This document shows, piece by piece, positions 13,598-26,863 of a stretch of 64,000 bases of DNA. The DNA comes from Octopus sinensis (Eukaryota): positions 101,680,001 to 101,744,000 of the forward strand of contig NC_043004.1 of assembly GCF_006345805.1 (NCBI RefSeq). Reading direction: 5' to 3'. Every line of letters starts with the position of its first letter. Positions within the stretch are counted from its first letter, which is position 1. The notes beneath the pieces were generated by a model. That model was not told the origin of the DNA. It worked only from the letters and a program-made list of their open reading frames with translations, and made no database searches. Made by a program: the position numbers and the translations under genes.

Positions 13598-14645
13598 CAG
13601 AGTGCGACGGATAAATTATCACCATTGTATACCTTTAATTTTGCGCATGCGCATTGTTTGTTTTTGAGACACGGCAACTCGGAAAATTTACTCTGATCGT
13701 TCTGATAAGAAAAAGAAAAAAAAACCCAAAAAGAAAAAAAAGAAACTCCTGAATATTTTGGTGAGGTCCAGACCATGATTAGCAACGATCCCTCCAAGTC
13801 AATCAGGTCAATCGCCAGGGACATGGGAGTGTCTGAGTTTCTTATCAGGCACATAATGCATGAAGACATTCGGTATTCCTCATAAAGGAATGAGAAAAGG
13901 CCAATTTTTATCTCAAGCCATCAAGGACAAAAGAAAGGACCACGCCACGAAACTTTTGAACAAACATTAGCATCCCCTCCAACTGAACATGCTTTAGTTT
14001 TTCTCAGACGAGAAAAATTTCTACTATGATCAGATGGTGAACATATAGAACAACCGTTGGCTTTCCGTGTCCACAAATCACGTACCGAGAATGAAAAAAA
14101 TCAAACATCCAGTCAACATCAAGGTGTTTAGAGTGATCACTAATGATGGCGATGTTATGCCTTCATTCATCTTCCCACATGGCCTCAGACCCAACATGGA
14201 GGCCTACATCAAGTGCCTGGAGGAGGTAGTGCTGCCCTGAGTCAAGAGAGTGGCTACTGGAAGACCCTATGTCTGGCAACAGAACTCTGCACCATGCCAC
14301 ATAAGCAAGAGAACCCAGTCATGGCTGTCAGACAATTTCTGCGATCACCTCACCCCTAGCATCTGGCCACCTAACTCCCCAAACTGCAACCCCCTTGATT
14401 ATTATGTGTGGGGTGCAGTTGAGTTAGTGATAAACAAAACTCCTTGTAACACTAAAGATGAACTTAAGACAAGGATTATGGCAGCATTTACCAACTTAAA
14501 GAAGGGGACTGCCAAGAAGTGTTGCAGGAGATTCTGAGATCGACTGGAGGCCGTGGTTGAAGCCAATGGCGATTTTATTGAATACATTTACTCTTTAGTA
14601 TTTCAAGATAATCTTATGTAATTTTGGTAAATATATTTTTGGTAA
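13598..14645 (+). mobile_element. Tc1/mariner maT (DD37D-like) transposon, degenerate
   Basis: Starts TA|CAGAGTGCGACGG; encodes GRPYVWQQNSAPCH and WPPNSPNCNPLDYYVWGAVE; right end lost at a SINE. Confidence 0.8.
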
Positions 14646-14647
14646 AT

Positions 14648-15103
14648 ATGGTTCCTGGTTCAGTCCCACGGCGTAGCACCATGGACAAGTGTCTTCTTCT
14701 ATAGTAGAAGTGTCTTCTATTAAATCCATTCTTGTGAATGGATTTGGTAGACGGAAACTGAAAGAAGCCCGTCGTATATATATATATATAAATATAAATA
14801 TAAATATATATATATAATATATATATATTATATATATATATATTATATATATGTATGTGTGTGTGTGTGTGTGTGTATGTTTGTGTGTCTGTATCTGTGC
14901 TCCCACCATCGCTTGATAACCGATGTTGGTGTGCTTACGTCCCCGTAACCTAGGAGTTCGGCAAAAAAACCCCGATAGAATAAGTACTAGGCTTACAAAG
15001 AATAAGTTCTGTGGTCGATTTGTTCGACTAAAGGCGGTGCTCCAGCATGGTCGCAATCAAATGGCTGATCGAAATAAAACAATTAAATAAAAGAATAAAA
15101 GAA
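14648..15103 (+). mobile_element. SINE family A, 5' truncated
   Basis: Matches the 8319 copy from the B box onward. Confidence 0.8.
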
Positions 15104-15176
15104 TATCTGTTAAAATGAAATGTCAGTATCATTTTTTCTTTTTTGCGTAACTTAGACGACAATTTATTCACCATAC

Positions 15177-15179
<3 letters not shown>

Positions 15180-15237
<58 letters not shown>

Positions 15238-15505
15238 AATAATATATTATATATGTATATATAATATATATATATATATATATATGGATATATATATATA
15301 TATAATATCTATATATATATATATTATATATATATATATATGTATAATATATATGTATATATATATTATGTATATATGTAATGTATATATATATATGTAT
15401 GTATATATATATATATATATCGATACATATATATATATATAATCGATACATATATATATCGATATCTATATAATATGTTATATATGTGTACATATATATA
15501 TATGT
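15180..15505. repeat. (TA)n microsatellite
   Basis: Direct inspection. Confidence 0.95.
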
Positions 15506-15589
15506 AATTATTTTTTGAGGGAATAAAATCCAAACTTACAAGGAAAAAAAATTCAATTTAGAAATACTAAATAAAATTTCCCACAATAT

Positions 15590-15870
15590 ATTATATATAT
15601 AAAAAAATTAGAAAAAAACCCACCTTTTATCAATTCGAAATGAACAATTAAATTACACCATCCAGAAAATTACATATAATAGAAATATTAAAATTAAAAT
15701 AACAATAAAATGTCAATGATCAGTAATTGCATTTTATTTTTATTTTATTTGTTTTTTTTTTTTATTTATTTAATATTTCTATTATATGTAATTTTCTGGA
15801 TGGTGTGTAATTTTAATTGTTCATTTTGAATTGATAAAAGGTGGTTTTTTTTCCTAATTTTATATATATA
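15590..15870. repeat. AT-rich foldback with about 135-bp inverted arms
   Basis: CACCATCCAGAAAATTACATATAATAGAAATATTAAA vs TTTAATATTTCTATTATATGTAATTTTCTGGATGGTG. Confidence 0.85.
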
Positions 15871-16340
15871 TATATATTATATATATATAATATATATATA
15901 TATATTTCGTTTATGTATTTGGTTAGCAAGATTCTTGATGTGAAAGCGTTCGTTGAAATAGATATTTTTATCTACTTAGGATCATCTTTTGCCAATTAAA
16001 TACATGCATTATAAGTTTAAATACAAACACTACTTAAAAATTGTTTTAGCATGATCTTATGAATTCTCGTATGTAGAACACAAATTCGCAAAAATATTCT
16101 GAAAATTCAAAAAAAAAAAAAACAAACATGTTATGAGAATTTATATGGGGTGCTTAAAGTAGAATTCTTCCCCCCAAAAAGTATACTTTTTGTAGACTTT
16201 ACTGAGAGCTAACAGTTTAGTCTACGGATACAGTAGGTAGCATGTATTTAACTGTAACATTGCTAGGAGCTTAACTCTGTCGTCCAAAATTAATTTTGCT
16301 AATTAAAGGATTAATGAAATATGTTAATACTTTTGTTGAA

Positions 16341-16740
16341 TCTTTTACTTGTTTCCGTCATTGGAGTGTGACTAAGCTGGATTACTGCCCTAACGAGTTC
16401 AGTCGAACGAATCGACCCCAAAGCTCAATTTTTAAAGTCTAGTACTTACTCTATCGGTCTCTTTTGCAGCTCAGTTACGGGGATGTAAGCAAACCAACAC
16501 CAGTTGTCTAGCGGTGGTGGGGGGACAAACACAAACACAAAGACGCGCGCGTGCGAGCACACACACACAAATACGCACAACAGGCTTTTTTCAGTTTCCA
16601 CCAACCAAATATACTCAAGGTTTTGGTCGGCTCGGGGCTATAGTAGAATACAGTTGCTCAAAACGCCACGCAGTGGGACGGAACCCAGGACCATATGGTC
16701 AGGAAGCAAGTTTCTTAACCATACATCCATGTCTGCACCT
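16341..16740 (-). mobile_element. SINE family A, diverged
   Basis: Reverse complement similarity to the 8319 copy. Confidence 0.7.
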
Positions 16741-16772
16741 TAGTTAAAGTTATGAAGCATATAATCAGTCAA

Positions 16773-17064
16773 TCTTTATATATAAAACTGTAGTTGTGTG
16801 TGTGTCTGTCTACTTCGCTTTAGATTCCTAACTACTCCCACATTTTGCGGTGCAGTTTAACCAAAAGCGGGTATCTTATAGTCGTGATTCATATAGAGCC
16901 CTTCTGGGTATTAGCGCGCGTCTACGATGAGCCTACGATTTAAAAAAAATTACCATAATTTTTCCGCATTTTTAATCTATTTTTGCTCGATTTATATAAG
17001 GGAAGTAATTCTCTAAAAATGCTTATATAGTTATTTCCCTTACAACGCCGGGTGATACTGCTAG
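16773..17064 (+). mobile_element. Non-autonomous Helitron
   Basis: 5' TC, 3' CTAG after a GC-rich hairpin-like end, inserted in A|T; body shared with 19368 and 34991. Confidence 0.8.
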
Positions 17065-17131
17065 TACTAAATATTTTAGATGTTTTCTTAACTGACGTTT
17101 ATTTCACATCCTAATTACAGAGAACTGGGCG

Positions 17132-17192
17132 ATGTCACTTAGATTAATTTTGCTGTTGTTGCTGATTGCATTGATCGGTCTTGCTCTGTCAC
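17132..17192 (+). CDS. Micro-exon gene, coding exon 1: signal peptide MSLRLILLLLLIALIGLALS
   Basis: Acceptor CCTAATTACAG at 17120, 11-nt UTR, ATG at 17132, basic-hydrophobic-ALS signal pattern, phase-1 donor GTAAGT at 17193. Confidence 0.8.
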
Positions 17193-17281
17193 GTAAGTAT
17201 TAGCAATCTTTTGTCTAATAACATTCATAGTTTTAACTAAAGTCAGTGTAATATCAGTGACATTAGGCATGTATATATATA

Positions 17282-17667
17282 CTAGCAGTATCGCCCGGCG
17301 TTGCTCAGGTTTGTAATGGAAATAACTATAAAGCATTTTAGAGAGTTATAGCCAAAAAATAGCAAAAAATGGAAAAAAATGATGGTAAATCTTTTTTTGA
17401 GATTTAAAAAAGTGGGGAGTTGCGTCCCCTAGACAGTTTGTGGTTTGTGTTTCTCATTGTCGACCCCATGTCGAATTTATCGATTTTTTTCAGAACTGGG
17501 GGAACTTTTCAAAATTTTCGCTGCGTTAGTTTTGAATTATGACATTGGGCTATGTGTGTGTCAAGTTTCATCAGAATCGGTTGAAAGCCGTGGTCAGGGT
17601 GAGGGTACGAGAAAACAGACACACAGAAACACGCACAGACAAACTGCCGTTTATATATAGAGAAAGA
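17282..17667 (-). mobile_element. Non-autonomous Helitron, different body
   Basis: Minus strand A|TC...GCAACGCCGGGCGATACTGCTAG|T; same 3' end as the other copies. Confidence 0.75.
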
Positions 17668-18639
17668 TGAATTTCAGAGCATTTACTAGGATTAATAACC
17701 ACACTGTACTGAAACAGCGGTGGAAGTGAAGATGCATATGCTTTTCTTGATCATTTTCAGGTGGGTTGGTGACCAACAAGTCATTAAAAAGCAAGACGCT
17801 GGTAATCTTCTATCGATGAAGTGTAAGTCATCGAGATTTGAAAATAAGAGGCAGATCATTAGTTATGATATGATGAATTATGATATGATGATGTCATATC
17901 ATTAGTTATGATATGACGTTACCAAAGTGTTTCTTGTTAAATACGGAGTAAATGATGCCAGTGTACTTTCGAAGATAGCGACGATTTGTTTGAAGAAGGA
18001 CTAAAAAAGAAAAAGAAAAGAAAGAAAAAAATGCTAGGCCTGACAGAAGATGCTCAAGCGCTGATGCTGTGCACAAGATTGATTGAAGGTTGAGTCGATG
18101 GGTTTGTTGAATGAACGTCCACCAGGAGACCGAAAGGATAAAAAATAACAAAACTCTTAGGATTGAGTTGGTAATTTAACTTCGATAAAAACTCTTACAA
18201 AACAGAGAAAATGTAACACAGTTCTCACCGGAAACAGTAACTGTAGGCTGGTTAAGAGCCGACAGAAGAATTGGTGTCAGTTCCTTGTTACCTGGCACCA
18301 GGGTAGATGGCAGAATACTGACTCTTTCAGTGTCGATAAGTTAACTGGTCATTTATGAAAAACAGACAACAAATGTTTTGAGTTCCAGGTTTATTTCTTA
18401 CAGTTAATCTCTGGCCGCCCTGTTTCTAAGATGAGGCGAGAAAACTTAAGAAAAAGAACAGAATGGCCTATAGTGATGTATGGCCCCGTGGGATTTAGTG
18501 GTACCAGCGCTGTTAATTTTCCGGACTCGTAGCATGAGGACTGCTAAGGAAAGTGCTGAAACCAACTATTACTGTGATTAGAAGGTCTCTAATTTGAAGC
18601 TGTGCAGCTCTGAGTTCAATCTGTGGAAGCTTGTCATTT

Positions 18640-19070
18640 AAAAAGAAGAAAGAGAAGGTGGAGGTGGAGAAGAATGAAAACAAATAGGAGGAAGCGAAGG
18701 AAAAGGAAGAGAAAAAGGAAGACAAGGAGAAGGAGAAGGAGAGGGAAGGAGGAGGAGGGGAAGAGGAGAAGGAGTAAGAAGAAGACTAGGAGGAAGACTA
18801 GGAGGAGTAGAAGGAGTAGGAAAACGATGAGTAAGAGGAAGACTAGGAGGAGGAATAGAAGGAGAAAGAAGGTGATGAGTAAGAGGAAGACTAGGAGGAG
18901 TAAGAGGAAGACTAGGAGGAGGAGGAGTAGAAGGAGTAGGAAAACGATGAGCAAGCGGAAGACTAGGAGGAGGAATAGAAGGAGAAAGAAGGCGATGAGT
19001 AAGAAGAAGAGTAGGAGGAGTAAGAGGAAGAGTAGGAGGATGAAGGCTAGGAGGAGGGACACAAGGAGGA
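18640..19070. repeat. Purine-rich (GGA/GAA) low-complexity tract with a 120-bp internal duplication
   Basis: AAGGAGTAGGAAAACGATGAG at 18811 and 18931. Confidence 0.9.
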
Positions 19071-19367
19071 ACTCCATTGTAGTCGATCCCCAACCCATGT
19101 CAATACACTTATGGGTCTTTAATCGCAATTGTATCGATAGCCAGTGATCTTTTTACTGATTGTCAATTAGTGTTCTATATTTTCAAATCAAATCCAAGAA
19201 ATCCATTCTGTATACTATTTTGATGGTATTATTTTATTTCCATTATTTGACGTTAGTGTTCTTGGTTTTTGTCTGTTACATAGCACTCGTAAGACAGACT
19301 ACTCTTCTGTATCTAACACAGCAACATGTTCCACATAGTTTCGTTCTTTGTGGCAACACGTCATTCA

Positions 19368-19745
19368 TCTTTATATATAAGAGTGAAGTTGTGTGTCTGT
19401 CTCCTACGATTTAGATTCCTAACTACTCCCACATTTTGCGGTGCAGTTTAACCAAAACCGGGTATCTTATAGTCGTGATTCATATCGAGCCCTTCTGGGT
19501 ATTAGCGCGCGTCTACGATGAGTCTACGATTTAAAAAAAATTTACCATAATTTTTTTCGCTATTATATAAGGGAAATAACTCTCTAAAAATGTCTACGAT
19601 GAGTCAACGATTTAAAAAAAAATTTACCATGATTTTTTTTCCATTTTTAATGCATTTTTTTGCTATTTTTTGGCTATAACTCTCTAAAAATGCTTATATA
19701 GTTATTTCCTTTACAAACCCGAGCAACGCCGGGCGATGCTGCTAG
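19368..19745 (+). mobile_element. Non-autonomous Helitron
   Basis: A|TCTTTATATATAA...CGCCGGGCGATGCTGCTAG|T. Confidence 0.85.
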
Positions 19746-20157
19746 TTAATTATACAACGATCCTATATTATATATTATATAACAATTCTATATCATTGAA
19801 CATAATCCAAAATATTGTTTCGTTGCTTTCCTACACCCGCCATCTGGAATTGTCGGTTTGAAATTTCTAATAAAAAAAAAAATGAAACAAAAACAGGAGA
19901 CTTCTGTAATTCTCAGCGTTAGTGAACATGAAAATGAAACAAATCGATAAACGTTTATAAATATTGTAATTAAAATCTGAGATCGAATCGAACTAAAAAA
20001 TAATTCATTTAAAAAAAATCGAATTTTTATACGTATTTCAGTTTCGCTTTCATTAACCACAAAATTCTCATTTCAGTTAAGTTCACTTAAAACTAATAGA
20101 AATTATCTTGAATCAACATCATTGTTCTAAATAAATTCTTTGTTTTATAATCTATAG

Positions 20158-20181
20158 AAAAACGGAATAGACAACAGCGAT
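20158..20181 (+). CDS. Micro-exon 2 (24 nt): (Q)KRNRQQR
   Basis: TTGTTTTATAATCTATAG acceptor, GTAAGT donor, phase 1-1. Confidence 0.75.
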
Positions 20182-20921
20182 GTAAGTATACAAACCAATA
20201 ATTTTATTTTTAACCGCGAATAATTATATGTAATAGGTCTGAACCAGCAACAATTTATTCTGTTTTCCGGCACACAAGTCGATGTAAGCGGGCATTTATA
20301 AACATTCAAACATCGTCACTATCTTTCCTAAACCTGTTGCTTTTTACGTGGGGTTTTTGGTCCAACAAAGCAATCTTAGTGAATTAGTCGACTTATTTTT
20401 GTTGGTTGAAAATTATGGTCTGAAAAATTCGACTTGTATGCCGTAATACATGGTAATTCTTCAATGGAGAATAATCTTTTTAGATAACTTATGGCTGTTG
20501 CATTGCTATTGAGTATAGCCACCTTTTGTTCCCCATCTTGCCTTATTCCAAAGGAGTAATGCCTCCTTCCCACGGGTTCTCATGATGGCAAAGTCATACA
20601 CCTGTATGGCAGGCTAAACTCATTCCTAGGTATCTTCTTTTGAAGATGTAGCCGCACGTGCAACTTGACTATTATGACTGCCCCTGCTTAACCTAGACCT
20701 TAGAGTACCCTCAGAAACGAAGAAACTACAGAAGTGGCCATATTTTATTGTATTAGACGTTCATTATACTCTGATTGCTGCAACGAAATAACTGCAGTCT
20801 GTTTGTGGCTTTAATAAGTTCGAGTCTTGATTTTATTTTGGAGGAATAAAGAGATGGGGGTGGGGGGAAGTTCCCACGCATAAAATTTGATAGTGACAAA
20901 GGCTTGTAAATCATAAATGCC

Positions 20922-21322
20922 TCTCTTTTACGCTCTTTTACTTGTTTCAGTCATTTGACTGCGGCCATGCTGGAGCACCGCCTTTAGTCGAGCAAATCGA
21001 CCCCGGGACTTATTCTTTGTAAGCCCAGTACTTATTCTATCGGTCTCTTTTGCCGAACCGCTATGTGACGGGGACGTAAACACACAGCATCGGTTGTCAA
21101 GCAATGCTAGGGGGACAAACACAAACACACACACACACATATATATATATACATATATACGACGGGCTTCTTTCAGTTTCCGTCTACCAAATCCACTCAC
21201 AAGGCTTTGGTCGGCCCGAGGCTATAGTAGAAGACACTTGCCCAAGGTGCCACACAGTGGGACTGAACCCGGAACCATGTGGTTGGTATGCAAGCTACTT
21301 ATCACACAGCCACACCTGCGCC
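20922..21322 (-). mobile_element. SINE family A
   Basis: Reverse complement of the family A sequence. Confidence 0.85.
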
Positions 21323-21482
21323 TATCAACAATATTAAAAAAAATGCAGGATGATCAAAGTCTAAAAACAATATAGATTTCAAGTTGGATTATCTTTCTCT
21401 CATGCACGTTTACACACACACACACACACACACGTATATATACATGTATGTATACGATTTTACCTCAACAAAAAGTTTTCAG

Positions 21483-21715
21483 ACTAGTTCTGTAGCGCCA
21501 ACAGATGGCAGCACACGGTTGCGTTCACAATGAGAGCTTGCAGTGATCTTCATTTTGCCGTAATAATCCAGAGCGAATCGGAGAAAGTCCTCGATTCGCT
21601 TACGGAAAATGACTTCCAGTCCGGATTCCAAAAGTGGTAGAAACGCTTGGACTGGTGTATTGTTGCACAAGGTTACTATTTCGAAGTAGATGATGTTAAA
21701 ACTTAGGTAAATAGG
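21483..21715 (+). mobile_element. Internally deleted derivative of the 10785 mariner
   Basis: ACTAGTTCTGTAG 5' part joined to GACTTCCAGTCCGGATTCCAAAAGTGG...GATGATGTTAAAACTTAGGTAAATA 3' part. Confidence 0.75.
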
Positions 21716-22107
21716 TTCCGTGGCACCTTGGGCAAGTGTCTTCTACTATAGCCTCGGGCCGACCAAAGCCTTGTGAGTGGATTTGGTAGACGGAAACTGA
21801 AAGAAGCCCGTCGTATATATATGTATATATATATATATGTGTGTGTGTGATGTGTGTGTGTGTGTGTGGTGAGTGTGTGTGTGTGTATACATTTGTGTGT
21901 CTGTGTTTGTCCCCCAAACATCGCTTGACGACCGATGCTGGTGTGTTTATGTCCCCGTAACTTAGCGGTTCGGCAAAAGAAACCGATAGATTAAGTACTA
22001 GGCTTCCAAAGAATAAGTCCTGGGTTCGATTTGCTCGACTAAAAGGAGGTGCTCCAGCATGGCCACAATCAAATCACTGAAACAAGTAAAGAGAGTAAAG
22101 AGTAGAT
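21716..22107 (+). mobile_element. SINE family A, 5' truncated
   Basis: Family A body and 3' end. Confidence 0.8.
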
Positions 22108-22179
22108 AAGTTAATTTTTTAAATTTATGCATTACTAGTCCTGCAACTCTTTCAATCCACCTCGTATGTTCACATTCCC

Positions 22180-22479
22180 TTCATTTTTCTGTCTTCCTTC
22201 TTTCCCTCCTCCCTTCCTTCCTTCCTCCCTTCTTTCCTTTCTTCCTTCCTTCCTTCCTTCCTTCTTCCTTCTTTCTTTCTTCCTTTCTTTCCTTTCTTTC
22301 TTCCTTCCTTCTTCCTTTCTTCATTTCTTTCTTTCTTCCTTTCTTTCCTTCTTTCTTCCTTTATTTCTTTGTTTTTTCTTCTTTCTTTCCCTTCCTTCCT
22401 TCCTTCCTTCTTCCTTCCTTCCTTCCTTCTTTCCTTCCTTCCTTCCTTCCTTCTTCCTTCCTTCCTTTCTTTCTCCTTC

Positions 22480-22516
<37 letters not shown>

Positions 22517-22580
22517 TTCCTTCTTCTTCTTCTTTCGTTTCTTTTTTCTTTCTTTCTTTCTTTCTTCCTTCTATCCTTTC

Positions 22581-22618
<38 letters not shown>

Positions 22619-22632
22619 TTCCATCCTTTCTC

Positions 22633-22703
<71 letters not shown>

Positions 22704-22706
22704 TCA
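22180..22706. repeat. (CTTT/CTTC)n polypyrimidine microsatellite
   Basis: Direct inspection. Confidence 0.95.
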
Positions 22707-22928
22707 AACGAACTCGTTCAACCAGTTTATTCGACTTATGAAAACTCTCATTATCATCAATTTCAAATGTAAATCACTTGGTCCACATTTCAAAAATAAA
22801 TAAGTAAATAAATAAATAAACAAACAAATAAATAAATAGATAAATAAATAATGTAAAATGTCTTCGTGCGCGCAAAAGTATCAGTAATTGTTTTTCTAAA
22901 TAAATTTTCATTGTTTTATCATATCCAG

Positions 22929-22964
22929 ACGAAAAACGCGTACGAGAACCCTCGCGGAGAAAAT
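22929..22964 (+). CDS. Micro-exon 3 (36 nt): (Y)EKRVREPSRRK
   Basis: TTGTTTTATCATATCCAG acceptor, GTAAGT donor, phase 1-1. Confidence 0.8.
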
Positions 22965-23167
22965 GTAAGTATGCAAATTAAGAATCAATTAACAGATGCG
23001 CAGAATTATAGGTGGCAAGTGTGTGTGTGTGTGTGTTTGCGTGTGTGTGTATGTGAATGATTGCGAGCGCATGCGTGTGTGAGTGAGTGCGTGTTGAAGT
23101 ATGATCGTAAAAGTCGTTCTCTGTGTAATAGCGAATTTATTGCTTCTATCTATGCATAAACTTGGAG

Positions 23168-24650
23168 ATACATACATACATGCACACATACATACATACA
23201 TACATACATACACACATACATACACACATACATACATACATACATACATACACACATACATACATACATACACACATACATACATACATACATGCATACA
23301 TACATGCATACATACATACACACATACATACATACATACACACATACATACACACATACATACATACATACATACACACATACATACATACACACATACA
23401 TACACATACATACATACATACATACATACACACATACATATATACAATACAATACATACATGCATACACGTAAACGCACACACATACATACATATATGCA
23501 TACATACATACATACACGCATGCATACATACATGCATACATACATGCATACATACATACATACATACATACATGCATGCATACACGTAAACGCACACATA
23601 TACATACATACATACATGCATACATACATACATACATGCATACATACATGCATACATGCATGCATACATACATACATACATTACATACATACATACATTA
23701 CATACATACATGCATGCATACATGCATGCATACATACATACATACATACATACATACATACATGCATGCACACATGCATACATACATACATACATGCATA
23801 CATGCATACATACATACATACATACATACATGCATACATACATGCATACATACATACACACATACATACATACATACATACACACATACATACACACATA
23901 CATACATACATACACACATACATACATACACACATACATACACATACATACATACATACATACATACATACACACATACATATATACAATACAATACATA
24001 CATGCATACACGTAAACGCACACACATACATACATACATGCATACATACATACATACATACATGCATGCATACATACATACATACATGCATGCATACATA
24101 CATGCATACATACATGCATACATACATACACACATACATACATGCATGCATACACGTAAACGCACACATATACATACATACATACATGCATACATACATA
24201 CATACATACATGCATACATACATGCATACATGCATGCATACATACATACATACATACATTACATACATACATACATTACATACATACATACATGCATGCA
24301 TACATGCATGCATACATACATACATACATACATACATACATGCACACATGCATACATACATACATACATGCATACATGCATACATGCATACATGCATGCA
24401 TACATGCATACATACAGACATACATGCATACATGCATACATACATACATACATACATGCATACATACATGCATACATACATACATACACACACACATACA
24501 CATACATACACACATACATACACACATACATACATGCATACATACATGCATACATACTACATACATACATACATACATACATACATACATACATGCATAC
24601 ATGCATACATACATACATGCATACATGCATACATACATACATGCATACAT
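23168..24650. repeat. (TACA/TGCA)n microsatellite with higher-order duplications
   Basis: Variant motifs ACACGTAAACGCACAC (4x) and TACAATACAATAC (2x, about 545 bp apart). Confidence 0.95.
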
Positions 24651-25065
24651 GATGACTGCAACCCAATTCTGCGGAATACCATCGCTTGATTGCTCTCTTA
24701 TAGCAGCATCCATGTGACTTTTCAGTCCTGCAAGGGTCAACACTTTTATGCAAAAATGTAGCAATCGATGGGCACCTCTATCAGTAGGTGTTTAGAGCCT
24801 TACCATTCGCACTGTTACATACAAATCATTTAGCGCTAGTGTTTAGTATTTAGTTACTTCCCTTCAATTTAAAACTATTTATTGTTTATTATTTTACTTA
24901 ACAAATCCTATTTTAATAAAATATTTACTGTGGGCCAATGACCGCCTGATTAATAAACTACATGTAATTTCTCTTATTTTTTTCTAGTTCTCTTCAACCA
25001 AACAGCTAGGCGGGCAGACTACTATTTATGATAGTAAATTCTTCCCTGCTTGGGAAGAGGAATGT

Positions 25066-25300
25066 ACCTATTTCTTTACTACCCACAAGGGGCTAAACAT
25101 AGAGGGGACAAACTAGGACAGACATAGGTATGAAGTCGATTACATCGACCCCCAGTGCGTAACTGGTACTTAATTTATCGACTCCGAAAGGATGAAAGGC
25201 AAAGTCGACCTCGGCGGAATTTGAACTCACAACGCAGCGGCAGACGAAATACCGTTAAGCATTTCGCCCGGCGTGTTAGCGTTTCTGCCAGCTCGCCGCC
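25066..25300 (-). mobile_element. SINE family C
   Basis: Matches the 43233 copy in reverse. Confidence 0.85.
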
Positions 25301-25421
25301 CTACGGAATATACCACGTAGCTATTCTTCAGTTATTTCATATAACACTTCACTTCTGCAACTATTATTTGACATAATCCAAAGTATTCTGTGAAGAATAT
25401 TTTTCGTTCCTTGTTATTATA

Positions 25422-25662
25422 CTCTTTTACTCTTTTACTTGTTTTAGTCATTTGACTGTGGCCATGCTGGAGCACCTCCTTTAGTCGAGCAAATCGACCC
25501 CCAGGACTTATTCTATCGGTTTCTTTTGCCGAACCGCTAAGTGACGGGGACGTAAACACACCAGCATCGGTTGTCAAGCAATATTGGGGGGAGAAACACA
25601 GACACACAAACACACACACACACACACCACACACAACATACACACACACACACACACCACAC

Positions 25663-25694
<32 letters not shown>

Positions 25695-25862
25695 TACGAC
25701 GGGCTTCTTTCAGTTTCCGTCTACCAAATCCACTCACAAGGCTTTGGTCGACCCGGGGCTATAGCAGAAGATACTTGCCCAAGGTGCCATGCTGTGGAAC
25801 TGAACCAGGAACCATGTGGTTCGTAAGCAAGCTACTTAACCACACAGCCACTCCTACGCCTA
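25422..25862 (-). mobile_element. SINE family A followed by (TTA)n
   Basis: Reverse complement of the family A sequence. Confidence 0.85.
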
Positions 25863-25926
<64 letters not shown>

Positions 25927-26184
25927 GTTTTCTATCATTACTTCTCTATTTGTAATTTAAAATGGAGAAATGAGAATTGTTTCTTAAAATTGAAATCGTG
26001 AGTGAATGGGAAATCAAAATGAAATCAAACTGAATCGAAAAATATTGTAATTGAAATTCGGTATGGAAGCTAACAAAGAATTATTTTAGATTTTAAATAT
26101 CATTTTTCGATTTGAATTCGGAGTTTCTTACAAATAGAGGTTTTCCAATCATCAAATATAACTCATATTATAAAAATTATCAAT

Positions 26185-26385
26185 GGCGCAGGAGTGGCTG
26201 TGTGGTAAGTAGCTTGCTAACAAACCACATGATTCCGGGTTCAGTCCCACTGCGTGGTATCTTGGCAAGTGTCTTCTGCTATAGCCCCGGCGACCAATAC
26301 CTTGTGAGTGGATTGGTAGACGGAAACTGAAAGAAGCCTGTTGTATATGTGGTATATATATATATATATTATCTAATTATATATA

Positions 26386-26437
<52 letters not shown>

Positions 26438-26645
26438 TGTGTGTGTGTTTGTGTGTCTGTGTTTGTCCCCCTAGCATTGCTTGACAACCGATGCTGGTGT
26501 GTGTTTACGTCCCCGTCACTTAGCGGTTCGCAAAAGACACCGATAGAATAAGTACTGGGCTTACAATGAAATGTCCGGGGTCGATTTGCTCGACTAAAGG
26601 CGGTGCTCCAGCATGACTGAAACAAGTAAAAGAGTAAAAGAGTAA
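26185..26645 (+). mobile_element. SINE family A
   Basis: GGCGCAGGAGTGGCTGTGTGG head to GTAAAAGAG tail. Confidence 0.85.
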
Positions 26646-26827
26646 TTGTGTGAAGTTCAGATTTTACTCCTCAACTTTGAAAGAAAGAACAAAACCAAAA
26701 AAAAAAACACACACACACACACAAAACAACAGCAAAACGCAACAAAAAAGACAAAAACAAAACAAAAACAAATTCTCACTCGGAGTTACTGTTCTCAATC
26801 CATTTCGTCTTGTTTTATAATATACAG

Positions 26828-26863
26828 CTAGAGATCATCACCCCGGTAGCTGGCGTCGGCGTC
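26828..26863 (+). CDS. Micro-exon 4 (36 nt): (S)RDHHPGSWRRR
   Basis: TTGTTTTATAATATACAG acceptor, GTAAGT donor, phase 1-1. Confidence 0.85.

Noticed and set aside
17761-17822. Exon ending ATG AAG T|GTAAGT as the start (MK...) of the gene
   Set aside because: A complete signal-peptide exon already exists at 17132-17192, and no phase-compatible signal exon follows.
18623-19147. 174-aa Arg/Lys-rich protamine-like ORF
   Set aside because: Purine-rich low-complexity tract open in multiple frames, with a GTG start; lies in an intron.
22166-22803. Phe/Leu/Ser-rich membrane-like ORFs
   Set aside because: (CTTT)n microsatellite translation.
10029-24764. Long ORFs such as MYVCMYVC..., HTYIHTYI..., YIYIYI... 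(up to 465 aa)
   Set aside because: Translations of stop-free (TATG)n, (TACA)n and (TA)n microsatellites, open in several frames on both strands.
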